DNA of 64,000 nt, from the IMG/VR virus record IMGVR_UViG_3300045988_170943, positions 320,001 to 384,000 of that record; one strand, given 5' to 3'. The notes beneath the pieces were generated by a model. The model saw only the letters and a list, made by a program, of their open reading frames with translations, searched no databases and had not been told where the DNA came from. Position 1 is the stretch's first letter; every line of letters starts with the position of its first letter. The position numbers were made by a program, and so were the translations under genes. Positions 21,733-29,733 of this stretch are shown piece after piece. This DNA comes from a virus.

Positions 21733-21734
21733 CG

Positions 21735-21819
21735 GTGTATGTGGTGGAATAGGTATACACACCAGGTTGTGGCCCTGGGTCCATATGGACACATGCGGGT
21801 TCGATCCCCGTCATACACC
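21735..21819 (+). tRNA. tRNA with GUG anticodon (His-like) carrying a long variable hairpin
   Basis: Acceptor gtgtatg/catacac perfect. Anticodon arm ccagg-ttGTGgc-cctgg. Extra hairpin gtccatatggac. T arm gcggg-ttcgatc-cccgt. The class-II-like arm is atypical for His. Confidence 0.55.
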
Positions 21820-22099
21820 CGATGGAAGCAAGTCCGGGCAACTGCTTTCTGACACATGAAGAGACGCGAGTGAAAATCTCGCTGGTTCCTACAATGGAGC
21901 CATAGTTTGTGAATGCAGTGAATGTGTTTGCAACAAGGTGCGACCGCAATCGAGTACATGTGGCGTTGCAACCACACGTACTACTCCTCCGCAAGAGGAG
22001 ACATCCTGCACAACGACTGACAGTACCAAAACACTTCATGCATCAAAAATAGAGATGCCAGAATGGCTACTATAAAGCCTTCAAAGTTGCTTCCACCAC

Positions 22100-22173
22100 T
22101 GGCGTGTGGCGCAGTAGGTTAGCGCGGCACTCTGATAAAGTGCAGGTCGTGAGTTCAAATCTCACCACGCCAA
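22100..22173 (+). tRNA. tRNA-Ile(GAU)
   Basis: Acceptor tggcgtg/cacgcca, D arm gcgc/gcgc, anticodon arm gcact-ctGATaa-agtgc, T arm gtgag-ttcaaat-ctcac. Confidence 0.8.
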
Positions 22174-22174
22174 C

Positions 22175-22258
22175 GGAGAAAATGGTAAAATTGGCTATCC
22201 AACCACCTCGAAAGTGGTGCCTGTAACAGGGCTGGGGGTTCGATTCCCTCTTTCTCCG
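22175..22258 (+). tRNA. tRNA-Ser(CGA), type II
   Basis: Acceptor ggagaaa/tttctcc, anticodon arm accac-ctCGAaa-gtggt, long variable arm gcctgtaacagggc, T arm ggggg-ttcgatt-ccctc. Confidence 0.75.
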
Positions 22259-22319
22259 CCGTGAATGAGTTGTCAGTAAGTGGCTTAATGACGTCATTTT
22301 GATAGGTACATTCATCAAT

Positions 22320-22410
22320 GCCCATGTAGTTCAATTGGACAGAACACTCCGCTACGGACGGAGAGGGAGCCGAAAGGCCATTGGGGGTTCAAGTCCCTCC
22401 ATGGGCACCA
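22320..22410 (+). tRNA. tRNA-Arg(ACG) with extended variable region, CCA encoded
   Basis: Acceptor gcccatg/catgggc, D arm gttc/gaac, anticodon arm ctccg-ctACGga-cggag, 19-nt variable region, T arm, ACCA. Confidence 0.65.
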
Positions 22411-22417
22411 CAACAAT

Positions 22418-22490
22418 GCCACCATAGTGTAAAGGATCCGCACAGGACTCTCCGAAGGTCCCAGTTCAGGTTCGACTCCTGATGGTGGCA
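22418..22490 (+). tRNA. tRNA-Arg(CCG)
   Basis: Acceptor gccacca/tggtggc, anticodon arm ggact-ctCCGaa-ggtcc, T arm tcagg-ttcgact-cctga. Confidence 0.75.
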
Positions 22491-22508
22491 CGAACTAGAC
22501 ACAATCTA

Positions 22509-22579
22509 CGTGGATTGGCCGAGAGGATAGGCGAGGGTCTGCAAAACCCTAGACACCAGTTCGAATCTGGTATCCACGT
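22509..22579 (+). tRNA. tRNA-Cys(GCA)
   Basis: Acceptor cgtggat/atccacg, anticodon arm agggt-ctGCAaa-accct, T arm accag-ttcgaat-ctggt. Confidence 0.7.
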
Positions 22580-22580
22580 C

Positions 22581-22677
22581 TGCGGGGTAGAGGAGTTCGG
22601 AGTCCTCGCTGGGCTCATATCCCAGAGAATCTACAACAAACCTTGTAGTGTCGCGGGTTCAAATCCCGCCCCCGCCA
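22581..22677 (+). tRNA. tRNA-Met(CAU) with initiator-like anticodon stem and a 1:72 mismatch, plus a long variable hairpin
   Basis: Anticodon arm ctggg-ctCATat-cccag (three G-C pairs as in tRNA-fMet), T1-C72 mismatch, extra hairpin ctacaacaaaccttgtag, T arm gcggg-ttcaaat-cccgc. Confidence 0.6.
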
Positions 22678-22971
22678 CGGGTCGATACCTTGCAAGAGGC
22701 GTTGACTAGGCTACTCTAATCCTACTATAAGAGTAGCAAAGCAATCGGTGAAACAGGCAAGTGGACCGCAGAACTTCTAGGGCGTCTAGAGAGTAATCTC
22801 TAGATACAGGTGATTTGTAGTTACTTGTCGTTATTCCCAATTGTGTAAGACCCTAGCGCTCTTTTTAAAATCCTTTGCGGTTTTTAAAAATATGTGAGTA
22901 ACCACCTGTACGACTTCTTCATAAGTGCAGAAGCCTATGCTGATGTAGGGTACATGTGGCAGGTGGACAAT

Positions 22972-23044
22972 GGTCATGTAACTCAGATGGTAGAGTACCT
23001 GAACGACACTCAGGAGGCCACAGGTTCAAGTCCTGTCATGACCA
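22972..23044 (+). tRNA. tRNA-Val(GAC)
   Basis: Acceptor ggtcatg/catgacc, D arm actc/gagt, anticodon arm cctga-acGACac-tcagg, T arm acagg-ttcaagt-cctgt. Confidence 0.7.
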
Positions 23045-23045
23045 C

Positions 23046-23128
23046 GGAAAGTAAGCGAATGGTTAGCGGCCGCTTTGGAACAGTGGTGCCTCGTTAAGGG
23101 GTTGTGGGTTCGAGTCCCGTGCTTTCCG
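23046..23128 (+). tRNA. tRNA-like gene, anticodon arm not resolvable (possible pseudo-tRNA)
   Basis: Good acceptor (ggaaagt/gctttcc) and T arm (gtggg-ttcgagt-cccgt), but no clean 5-bp anticodon stem. Contains a gcggccgc palindrome. Confidence 0.4.
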
Positions 23129-23186
23129 CTACAACAGCACCATAAATCCTACACTATCCTGTGACCCAACACACGCAGAAACACAG

Positions 23187-23216
23187 TTGACACACTACAA
23201 ACCCACATGGTATGCT
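23187..23216 (+). promoter_or_regulatory. promoter TTGACA-N18-TATGCT (extended -10 TGG)
   Basis: Consensus hexamers. Upstream of tRNA-Phe. Confidence 0.5.
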
Positions 23217-23236
23217 AGTGTCATCAAGCAAGGGAG

Positions 23237-23266
23237 TTGACAACCATGACACCCTCATGGTAAACT
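23237..23266 (+). promoter_or_regulatory. promoter TTGACA-N18-TAAACT (extended -10 TGG)
   Basis: Tandem with the promoter at 23187. Confidence 0.5.
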
Positions 23267-23306
23267 TCCTTCAAGCGTTGTTTGAGAACTAGATAGTGGT
23301 AGCATT

Positions 23307-23379
23307 GCCGACTTGGCTCAGTTGGAAGAGCGTCCGGTTGAAGCCCGGAAGGTCAAAGGTTCGATCCCTTTAGTCGGCA
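23307..23379 (+). tRNA. tRNA-Phe(GAA)
   Basis: Acceptor gccgact/agtcggc, D arm gctc/gagc, anticodon arm tccgg-ttGAAgc-ccgga, T arm aaagg-ttcgatc-ccttt. Confidence 0.85.
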
Positions 23380-24301
23380 CGACAGGCATGGCTGATAAAC
23401 CTAGGCGACTAGGCCAAAGGCTATCCCAACGGATGAGGGAAGCCACCCAACCTCCAGGAGGTAGGGCACCCCATGCAATATGCCGGGTTCTAAAGCGTGT
23501 GCCAGCAGATGGCGCACGAACCCCTAAGTGAGGCTCAGGCCCAATGGTAAATACTGAGGGCACGACCAAATCAGTCTCAATGAGCCAGTAACTCACGACA
23601 AGGTTAACCCGACATAAGGGAGAAACAAGTCCGAGACACGCAAAATCAAGGGCGGTCTCCCACCTGGAAACAAGGAAGACCTGATAAGTCTCCCACGTCG
23701 CCAGGAATGGAGCGGGTAGCGCCAATCCTAGAGAATGTGAGGACTTTCGTGGGCCAAAATCCCATGAACCTCTAGGGAAGCACATTCTCACAATCCTCAC
23801 AATAACAACGCAAAAGACTTCCCTGATTACTGGATGAAAATGTCCTAAACCTGACGGCCGTATGGTCAAGTCAGGCTGAGATGAGACCGCAAGTCTCACC
23901 CCAGTTGGGTAGACGGAAGTGCAACCCAGCAGGTCGCGTCTGCTGCGTGAAACATCCCACCCGAGTAGCCCAGTAATCTACAGAGTGATTCACTCAAAGA
24001 ATCGGGCATGACGTTCTAACACGGTACGCCTGGAAACAGGGTGCCATGTGGACAAGCAGGCAACACGGTAAACGTGGTAATCCTGACGAAAGGAACGTCG
24101 GAACAAGGTATAGTCTCAGCCTCATCACCTCAACTTACTTATGTGCCCCACAGAGTCTAGGGTTTCTGTGGTGGACCACCCACATGGAGTGGTTTCAGAC
24201 AACCAGCGGCACGACGAATCCAGTGGATAAACTGCCCATTAATACTATGGATTTTATCCTAAGGAGTAGTCATACCCTCAGCCATGTTCAAAACAACAAA
24301 T

Positions 24302-24376
24302 GGCCCTATGGTCCAGCCAGGTTAGGACGCCTCCCTGTCAAGGAGGAGATCGCCGGTTCAAATCCGGTTAGGGTCG
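24302..24376 (+). tRNA. tRNA-Asp(GUC)
   Basis: Acceptor ggcccta/tagggtc, D arm gtcc/ggac, anticodon arm cctcc-ctGTCaa-ggagg, T arm gccgg-ttcaaat-ccggt. Confidence 0.85.
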
Positions 24377-24413
24377 CTATCCCAGGTGGTGCGCAACAAG
24401 CCTGGGAACAAAT

Positions 24414-24486
24414 TGGCCTATAACTCAATTGGCAGAGTGATCCGCTGTTAACGGATTGGTTGAAAGTTCGAGTCTTTCTAGGCCAG
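24414..24486 (+). tRNA. tRNA-Asn(GUU), second copy
   Basis: Acceptor tggccta/taggcca, D arm actc/gagt, anticodon arm atccg-ctGTTaa-cggat, T arm gaaag-ttcgagt-ctttc. Confidence 0.75.
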
Positions 24487-24640
24487 CGCAAAGGTCACCC
24501 GGTTTGAGAGACCGTACTAGCAAAGCACAGTCAAAATAGGTTGGTGATCGCCTGACTCGTGTGCTGCCTGTCCTGAGTGTGCTCTCAACATGCTCGCAGT
24601 TACTTTATGGCCTGGCCTTGAGGATACGACCAGGTTACTT

Positions 24641-24732
24641 GGAGGGTTCGCATAGCCAGGTTTATTGCGCTCCCCTGCTAAGGGAGTAGGGCCTAAAAAC
24701 CCTCATGGGTTCAAATCCCATACCCTCCGCCA
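24641..24732 (+). tRNA. tRNA-Ser(GCU), type II, CCA encoded
   Basis: Acceptor ggagggt/accctcc, anticodon arm ctccc-ctGCTaa-gggag, variable arm gggcctaaaaaccc, T arm atggg-ttcaaat-cccat, GCCA. Confidence 0.8.
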
Positions 24733-24759
24733 TCACACATACAGCAAACATGTGTGAAT

Positions 24760-24834
24760 GCCCTGTTGGTCTAGTCTGGTTAGGATGCCTCCCTCTCAAG
24801 GAGGAGATCGCCGGTTCAAATCCGGTACAGGGTA
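24760..24834 (+). tRNA. tRNA-Glu(CUC)
   Basis: Acceptor gccctgt/acagggt, anticodon arm cctcc-ctCTCaa-ggagg, T arm gccgg-ttcaaat-ccggt. Confidence 0.8.
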
Positions 24835-25319
24835 CGCAGAAGAGGACTCCACACACGGTGCTCAACTAGCCGGGAGCCTGCACAGGTGCCCTCTGCCACC
24901 AAAATCACCTTTCTGTGAGGTCAGGGAGTAGTTACCCTGGGGCAGAAGGAAAGAATGGTGACAAGGTTTCATATCCTGTCCTCCACCTCCACAGCAGATT
25001 CTCTCAAGGGTACCTAATTTGGGAGAATTGAATCCTCCGGGACGTGTGACTGGGACGTGAGACCTCATGAATGTTCTAGACAGGAGGTCGTCTGGTGCCA
25101 TGGTGGTATGCGCATTAAAGATGGTTCGAATCCATCCACCAGATCTATTTCAAAACCTACCCGAAAGAAACCCTGGCGGCTTTGTGTACAGTGCCGCGCT
25201 ACCCAGGGCGTGCTTTTTCAGAGAAGAGTTCTGTACCACCTTTATTCATAAAAGAATAAAAGGTCGGCGAGACATTTTCTGAAAATGCTAGGGCAGGCTC
25301 GAAAACTGTACACATTAAC

Positions 25320-25410
25320 GCCCCTATAGCTCAGTTGGTAGAGCAGCGGACTTTTAATCCGATGGCAGGTCAATAACGACCGATCGTGGGTTCGAGCCCC
25401 ACTGGGGGCA
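25320..25410 (+). tRNA. tRNA-Lys(UUU) with an extra variable-region hairpin
   Basis: Acceptor gccccta/tgggggc, D arm gctc/gagc, anticodon arm (g)cgga-ctTTTaa-tccg(a), extra hairpin ggtcaataacgacc, T arm gtggg-ttcgagc-cccac. Confidence 0.65.
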
Positions 25411-25441
25411 CTATTTCAAGTGATTCGTTATAATGTGAATT

Positions 25442-26155
25442 ATGAACGAAGATTTGAAAGTATGTGGCATCTACGGCATTTTTGACACACTTACAGGAGA
25501 ATGCCTCTATGTAGGCCAGTCAAAGAACATTTATGAGCGCCGCCAATCTCATTTCAAGCGTCTTCGTGGAGAAAGACACCTTAAACCATTTACAGAATGG
25601 TTTGTCAGTATTGGAAAAGATGAGTCCAGACTGGATCTCAGGGTTCTTTGTAGATGTTTCGATAATGACGACATCAAGAACGAACTTGAAATCTTCTGGT
25701 TCAATGAACTTCACCCAAGATTCTACGGTGCTGTTCCGTCTGTCAACAACAGGTGGTCTCATTCAGAAGAGACTAGGAAGAAGATTGCTAGGAGGACATG
25801 TGAGTCTGAGCGACTTGGAAAGCATTATACATGTGCAGTGTACTATTACACATGTAAAATGTGTGACAAGTTTTTCGCCTCTTCAAGAAGGAAATCTAAA
25901 AAGCATATCTTCTGTTCAAAGCCATGCTCCCGCGCTTATGAAAAATCTCTGAAAATGGACACCCTTGATTACAACAGAGTTAAAAACTTGTATGAGTCTG
26001 GTGTTACTCAAGTGAAGATCGCTAAGGTGTTTGGTGTGTCGAATGCCACTGTCTCCAAGTTCATGAGAGACAATGGCATTTCTACAGGATACAAGCGTCA
26101 TGATCCTGGGCTGAAGAGGAAGTCTAGGAAGACAAGCAATGCGGATGTGGTGTAA
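25442..26155 (+). CDS. GIY-YIG homing endonuclease with C-terminal HTH DNA-binding domain
   Basis: GIYGIFD...YVGQSKNIYERRQSH GIY-YIG motif, a Zn-ribbon-like Cys pairs, and a C-terminal HTH (VTQVKIAKVFGVSNATVSKFM). Its 3' end overlaps the next tRNA by 15 nt. Confidence 0.8.
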   Translation: MNEDLKVCGIYGIFDTLTGECLYVGQSKNIYERRQSHFKRLRGERHLKPFTEWFVSIGKDESRLDLRVLCRCFDNDDIKNELEIFWFNELHPRFYGAVPSVNNRWSHSEETRKKIARRTCESERLGKHYTCAVYYYTCKMCDKFFASSRRKSKKHIFCSKPCSRAYEKSLKMDTLDYNRVKNLYESGVTQVKIAKVFGVSNATVSKFMRDNGISTGYKRHDPGLKRKSRKTSNADVV

Positions 26156-26214
26156 CGGTAGCACAAGACCCTTCCAAGGTTTTAGAGCGAGTTCGAGTCT
26201 CGTCATCCGCTCCA
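26141..26214 (+). tRNA. tRNA-Gly(UCC), CCA encoded
   Basis: Acceptor gcggatg/catccgc, anticodon arm agacc-ctTCCaa-ggttt, T arm gcgag-ttcgagt-ctcgt, TCCA. Confidence 0.75.
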
Positions 26215-26407
26215 GTCACTTTTTTGGCAGTCAGGAATACATGTGACCTAACTCATGTTTCCTGAGGTTGACTCACTCCTTGCTGGTGTGTTAGGATTGA
26301 GTCATCAAGCGGGGCAGGGGCGTTCTTCATAAGTCCTGGCGGCCATTGAGTCCAGAAATGGGAGCAGTGGTTTTAGAAGATTGTCAACTACATAGTGACT
26401 AAACAAT

Positions 26408-26480
26408 CCGCCTATAACTTAACTGGTTAGAGTACTTGCCTCTTAAGCTTGGAGTCCTGGTTCGAGTCCAGGTGGGCGGA
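26408..26480 (+). tRNA. tRNA-like gene with degenerate anticodon arm (anticodon undetermined)
   Basis: Acceptor ccgccta/tgggcgg and T arm cctgg-ttcgagt-ccagg are good. The region gcctcttaagctt has no regular 5-bp stem. Confidence 0.45.
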
Positions 26481-26736
26481 CGATCACCATAGCACCAGGT
26501 TTTGACGTGGCCGGTGCTGCCTCATCTAGTTTAATGACAGAACGCCGCGTGCTCACACATGCACGGGGAAGACAGGTTTGATTCCTGATTGGGGTTGTCG
26601 TTTGTGATTCAGGTCATGTGGGATTAAGATATGTGTGCACCCCTTGACTTGCACGTCAGCACTCACTTTTTAACATGCACAACAAGGTAAGTTTACTTCC
26701 GTTGATATTCCAACGGAAGTTAGGAGTCTTGTTTAT

Positions 26737-27366
26737 ATGGATGTTATATGTGGAGTTTATGCTATTTTTGATTCAAGTACAAATGAATGCTTGTATGTTG
26801 GCCAGTCAAGTAATGTGCTATTACGATTCAAGAAGCACTTGTATTTGTTAAAGTCAAGAAAGCATAGGAAGGATTTTGTGGCGTGGTTTGAAGATCGTAA
26901 TTTCGACGCTAAAGCCATTAGGTTTGAGATAATGGAGATATGCGATAATGAGGATAATATAAAAAACTCACTTGAAATAAAGTGGTTCAATGAGTTGTCT
27001 CCGAAATTTTATGGTCAAGTTCCATCCATGAATAGCAAGTGGTCTCATTCGGAAGAAACTATTTCTAAAATAAAAGATCACTCCCAAAGAGGGTGCAAGA
27101 TATTTTACTACGACTGCGAAAGTTGTGGTAAGGTTTTTATATCTAACAAAAGAAGATATAAGAAACATGTATTCTGTAGTGTGAAATGTAGTTCAAGCCA
27201 CTTTTCTATAGTTAACAAATTTGACTACGATACAATATCTGGTATGTATGCTAGTGGTATGACTCAATGTGAAATTGCGAAAGAACTCAATGTTTCAAAT
27301 ACGAGCATATCAAAATTTATGATGTTAAATGGAATCTCAACTGGATATTCCAAACACAAAAAATAG
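26737..27366 (+). CDS. GIY-YIG homing endonuclease, AT-rich paralogue of 25442..26155
   Basis: GVYAIFD...YVGQSSNVLLRFKKH, with the same domain order as the other GIY-YIG gene (FNELxPxFYGxVPSxNxxWSHSEET, C-terminal HTH ...SNTSISKFM). GC is far below the window average. Confidence 0.8.
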   Translation: MDVICGVYAIFDSSTNECLYVGQSSNVLLRFKKHLYLLKSRKHRKDFVAWFEDRNFDAKAIRFEIMEICDNEDNIKNSLEIKWFNELSPKFYGQVPSMNSKWSHSEETISKIKDHSQRGCKIFYYDCESCGKVFISNKRRYKKHVFCSVKCSSSHFSIVNKFDYDTISGMYASGMTQCEIAKELNVSNTSISKFMMLNGISTGYSKHKK

Positions 27367-27441
27367 CGGAATGTAGCTCAGGTGGTAGAGCGCTCGCTTT
27401 GGGAGCGAGAGGTTTCGCGGGTTCGAGCCCCGCCATTCCGA
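27367..27441 (+). tRNA. tRNA-Pro(UGG)
   Basis: Begins immediately after the GIY-YIG stop. Acceptor cggaatg/cattccg, D arm gctc/gagc, anticodon arm ctcgc-ttTGGga-gcgag, T arm gcggg-ttcgagc-cccgc. Confidence 0.8.
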
Positions 27442-27553
27442 CTGGGTGAACCGGAGGAGGGCCTATCCGCGGCATGGGCTTTCTTCCACATAGGAGTTGC
27501 TGTCAGTACTTGTGGACGCACAGGGTAGCGGGTGACCGAATGAGTATGGTGAG

Positions 27554-27622
27554 TGGCTTATAGTTTAATGGCAGAAGGCTCGACGGAAATCGAGTGGACA
27601 AGGTTCGATTCCTTTGAAGGCC
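27554..27622 (+). tRNA. tRNA-like gene with a 6- or 8-nt anticodon loop (acggaaat region)
   Basis: Acceptor ggcttat/gaaggcc (one mismatch) and T arm aagg-ttcgatt-cctt. The stem ctcga/tcgag encloses a 6-nt loop. Only 69 nt long. Confidence 0.35.
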
Positions 27623-27634
27623 AGCCCAATTTCT

Positions 27635-27719
27635 TGGTAGTGTGTGCCGAGTGGCGAAGGCAACTGACTGTAAATCAGCGACGTTAGAAACACCGGGGGT
27701 TCGACTCCCTCCACTACCA
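27635..27719 (+). tRNA. type II tRNA, most likely Tyr(GUA) (loop ctGTAaa)
   Basis: Acceptor ggtagtg/cactacc perfect, D arm tgcc/ggca, 4-bp anticodon stem ctga/tcag, 16-nt variable arm, T arm ggggg-ttcgact-ccctc. Confidence 0.55.
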
Positions 27720-27837
27720 CTGCTGTGCAAGAATCTCACGCAAAATTGGCTACCCGCGTGTGAACAGTGAGGGTTCGACTCCCTCATCGAGTGATTAGCC
27801 ATCTCGGGGCGGTCCCTGGTGCTTGCATGGTTTTCTT

Positions 27838-27910
27838 GGGGATGTAGCACAATTGGTGGTGCGCCTGCTTTGCAAGCAGATGGTTGCGGGTTCGAGTCCC
27901 GTCTTCTCCA
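27838..27910 (+). tRNA. tRNA-Ala(UGC)
   Basis: Acceptor ggggatg/cttctcc, D arm gcac/gtgc, anticodon arm (c)ctgc-ttTGCaa-gcag(a), T arm gcggg-ttcgagt-cccgt. Confidence 0.75.
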
Positions 27911-27967
27911 CAACCTTTCGGTAAATATTCCGTGAGGGTGAACATCTTTCAGAAGGGAAAGAGCAGT

Positions 27968-28204
27968 ATGGATCGCAAGCAGGCTCTAGAAGTTTTGGCA
28001 AGGGATTTCTCTGCTGGCAATACTGAGTGTGATGCCGATGAGTATATGTCGCTCGCAGAGGCATTCGATGGCTATGGGTTAGATTATGAAGATGACAATG
28101 ATGGCACCATTGATGGTTTTGCTAATAGTTTGCGCACTCTAGCCCGATCGATTCAGCCTAGTCATAGCGAAATTGATGAGGCTGTTAAGGTTCTTTCCTC
28201 TTGA
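27968..28204 (+). CDS. small acidic hypothetical protein (78 aa)
   Basis: ATG preceded by gaagggaaagag. The ORF-track version (27884) would start inside tRNA-Ala. Confidence 0.35.
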   Translation: MDRKQALEVLARDFSAGNTECDADEYMSLAEAFDGYGLDYEDDNDGTIDGFANSLRTLARSIQPSHSEIDEAVKVLSS

Positions 28205-28263
28205 CGAAAGTCTTCCTGTATTACGCTTGCATTTGAGATTTTTGGTAGGTGTGGTGCAGGTTT

Positions 28264-28339
28264 GCTCGCTTAACTCAGTTGGTAGAGTGGATCTCTTACA
28301 AGGATTTGGTCGGGGGTTCAAGTCCCTCAGCGAGCACCA
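28264..28339 (+). tRNA. tRNA-Val(UAC), CCA encoded
   Basis: Acceptor gctcgct/agcgagc, D arm actc/gagt, anticodon arm gatct-ctTACaa-ggatt, T arm ggggg-ttcaagt-ccctc, ACCA. Confidence 0.8.
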
Positions 28340-28347
28340 TTGCTTTT

Positions 28348-28419
28348 GCCGGTGTAGCCAAGTGGTAAGGCACCTCTCTCATAATGAGGTCATCGCTGGT
28401 TCGATTCCAGCCATCGGTA
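28348..28419 (+). tRNA. tRNA-Met(CAU), elongator or Ile2-type
   Basis: Acceptor gccggtg/catcggt, anticodon arm cctct-ctCATaa-tgagg, T arm gctgg-ttcgatt-ccagc. Confidence 0.75.
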
Positions 28420-28424
28420 CTTAT

Positions 28425-28495
28425 TCCCCCTTGGTGTAGTGGCAGCACAACCGACTTTGGATCGGTTAGCCTAGGTTCGAGTCCTGGCGGGGGAG
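28425..28495 (+). tRNA. tRNA-Gln(UUG)
   Basis: D arm gtgt/gcac, anticodon arm accga-ctTTGga-tcggt, T arm ctagg-ttcgagt-cctgg. Confidence 0.7.
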
Positions 28496-28537
28496 CGACG
28501 CTGTGGCGTGCTTTTTGGGGTGCGTGTTGGCGTTCTT

Positions 28538-28609
28538 TGCCTCTTAGTGTAATTGGTAGCACGACTGATTCTGGTTCAGTTATTCTAGGTTCGAGTCCTG
28601 GAGGGGCAG
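28538..28609 (+). tRNA. tRNA-Gln(CUG)
   Basis: Paralogue of the previous tRNA. Anticodon arm actga-ttCTGgt-tcagt, acceptor tgcctct/aggggca. Confidence 0.7.
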
Positions 28610-28989
28610 CGATGTGAGATGGTTTCAACTGGTGCTGGTGGGCCTAGTGTTTTCAGGGTTCCTTTCCAGTTCATGACCTTGGATGACGCGACGTTTTGTT
28701 TGCGCCACGTTGCTATACTGTCTCATATTCTCCCAGTTTGCCTGACACTGGGGTCTAGGAAGTCGGGTGTCTAGCGTAGAGACCGTCCCGCTGGTAGGGC
28801 GGCGAGCCGGTTGTCATGAAGCCGGTACTTTTGCTCACGGGTTGCGCTAGTTGCCGGGCATTAGTGGACTTTGCTTGGTTTTGTGGGAAGTGGTGGAAGT
28901 TGGACGTTCTGCTGCGATTTTGTTTTCTGGTGTCACCTGCTCTTGTTAGACTTATTCCTCCTCTTGCGGGGTGGGTGGCGCCGGAATAT

Positions 28990-29061
28990 GCAGATGTGGT
29001 GTTAATGGTAGCACGCGACCTTGCCATGGTTGTAGAGCGGGTTCGAGTCCCGTCGTCTGCT
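28990..29061 (+). tRNA. tRNA-Gly(GCC)
   Basis: Acceptor gcagatg/cgtctgc, anticodon arm cgacc-ttGCCat-ggttg, T arm gcggg-ttcgagt-cccgt. Confidence 0.75.
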
Positions 29062-29190
29062 CGGAGTTCATGGAGATGTGTAGTGGTTTGGTTACTTCAT
29101 ATTTGGGTTATGTATTGCACCGGATTACGTCTTTTCTCTCTGTGTCTCTTTTTCTTGATCCTGTCACGTTCTTGTGGCAGGGTTATTGTT

Positions 29191-29266
29191 TCCGGGTGAC
29201 GCTATTGGCTTTTAGCGGGTGATCTCCAAAGTCACTGTCATTGGGGTTCGATTCCTCCACCCGGGG
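29191..29266 (+). tRNA. tRNA-Trp(CCA)
   Basis: Acceptor tccgggt/acccggg, D arm cgct/agcg, anticodon arm gtgat-ctCCAaa-gtcac, T arm (t)gggg-ttcgatt-cctc(c). Confidence 0.7.
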
Positions 29267-29660
29267 CGGGCTGCTCATGGCCTGAAACTGTTGGGTGATT
29301 GATGTGTTCTTTCATTCTCAGTGTTTTAGGTTGTGGGTCGTTCATTGGGCATTGAGGTTCTTCCACGGTTCATGGGCGGCTGGTGCTCTTGAGCAACGCA
29401 TTGCGATGATGTTAGTGAACTCCATCTGGTGTGTTGTGCTGCTGCGGCACAAGGGGACCTTCGCAGTTGCCTCTTGTGTGGTTCCCTGTGCTGTTCGAAG
29501 TGGTTGACAATACGGGGTGCGGTCGGGTTTATGCTGACAAGACCTGTCCGCCACACGGAGGCTTGCTGGTAGCAACAGTAAAGCACGCTTCCCTTTGATG
29601 CTGCGAGTGTGTGCTGTGGTCGCTCGTCAATCGTGTGTTTGATTCTTTGGGGCCCTTTTT

Positions 29661-29733
29661 GGGGATGTAGCACAACTGGTAGTGCGTCCGCTTGGCTTGC
29701 GGGAGGTTACGGGTTCGAGTCCCGTCTTCTCCA
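29661..29733 (+). tRNA. tRNA-Ala(GGC)
   Basis: Paralogue of tRNA-Ala(UGC), sharing its acceptor and D arm. Anticodon arm tccgc-ttGGCtt-gcggg. Confidence 0.75.

Noticed and set aside
23318-23899. 193-aa minus-strand ORF, plus other more-than-60-aa ORFs inside the tRNA island (24046..24423, 28816..29199, 29326..29673, 32012..32317, 34124..34444, 35508..35948 and others)
   Set aside because: They overlap tRNA genes or structured noncoding spacers and translate tRNA T-loops (recurring GFEP/GSNP peptides). They are compositional artefacts.
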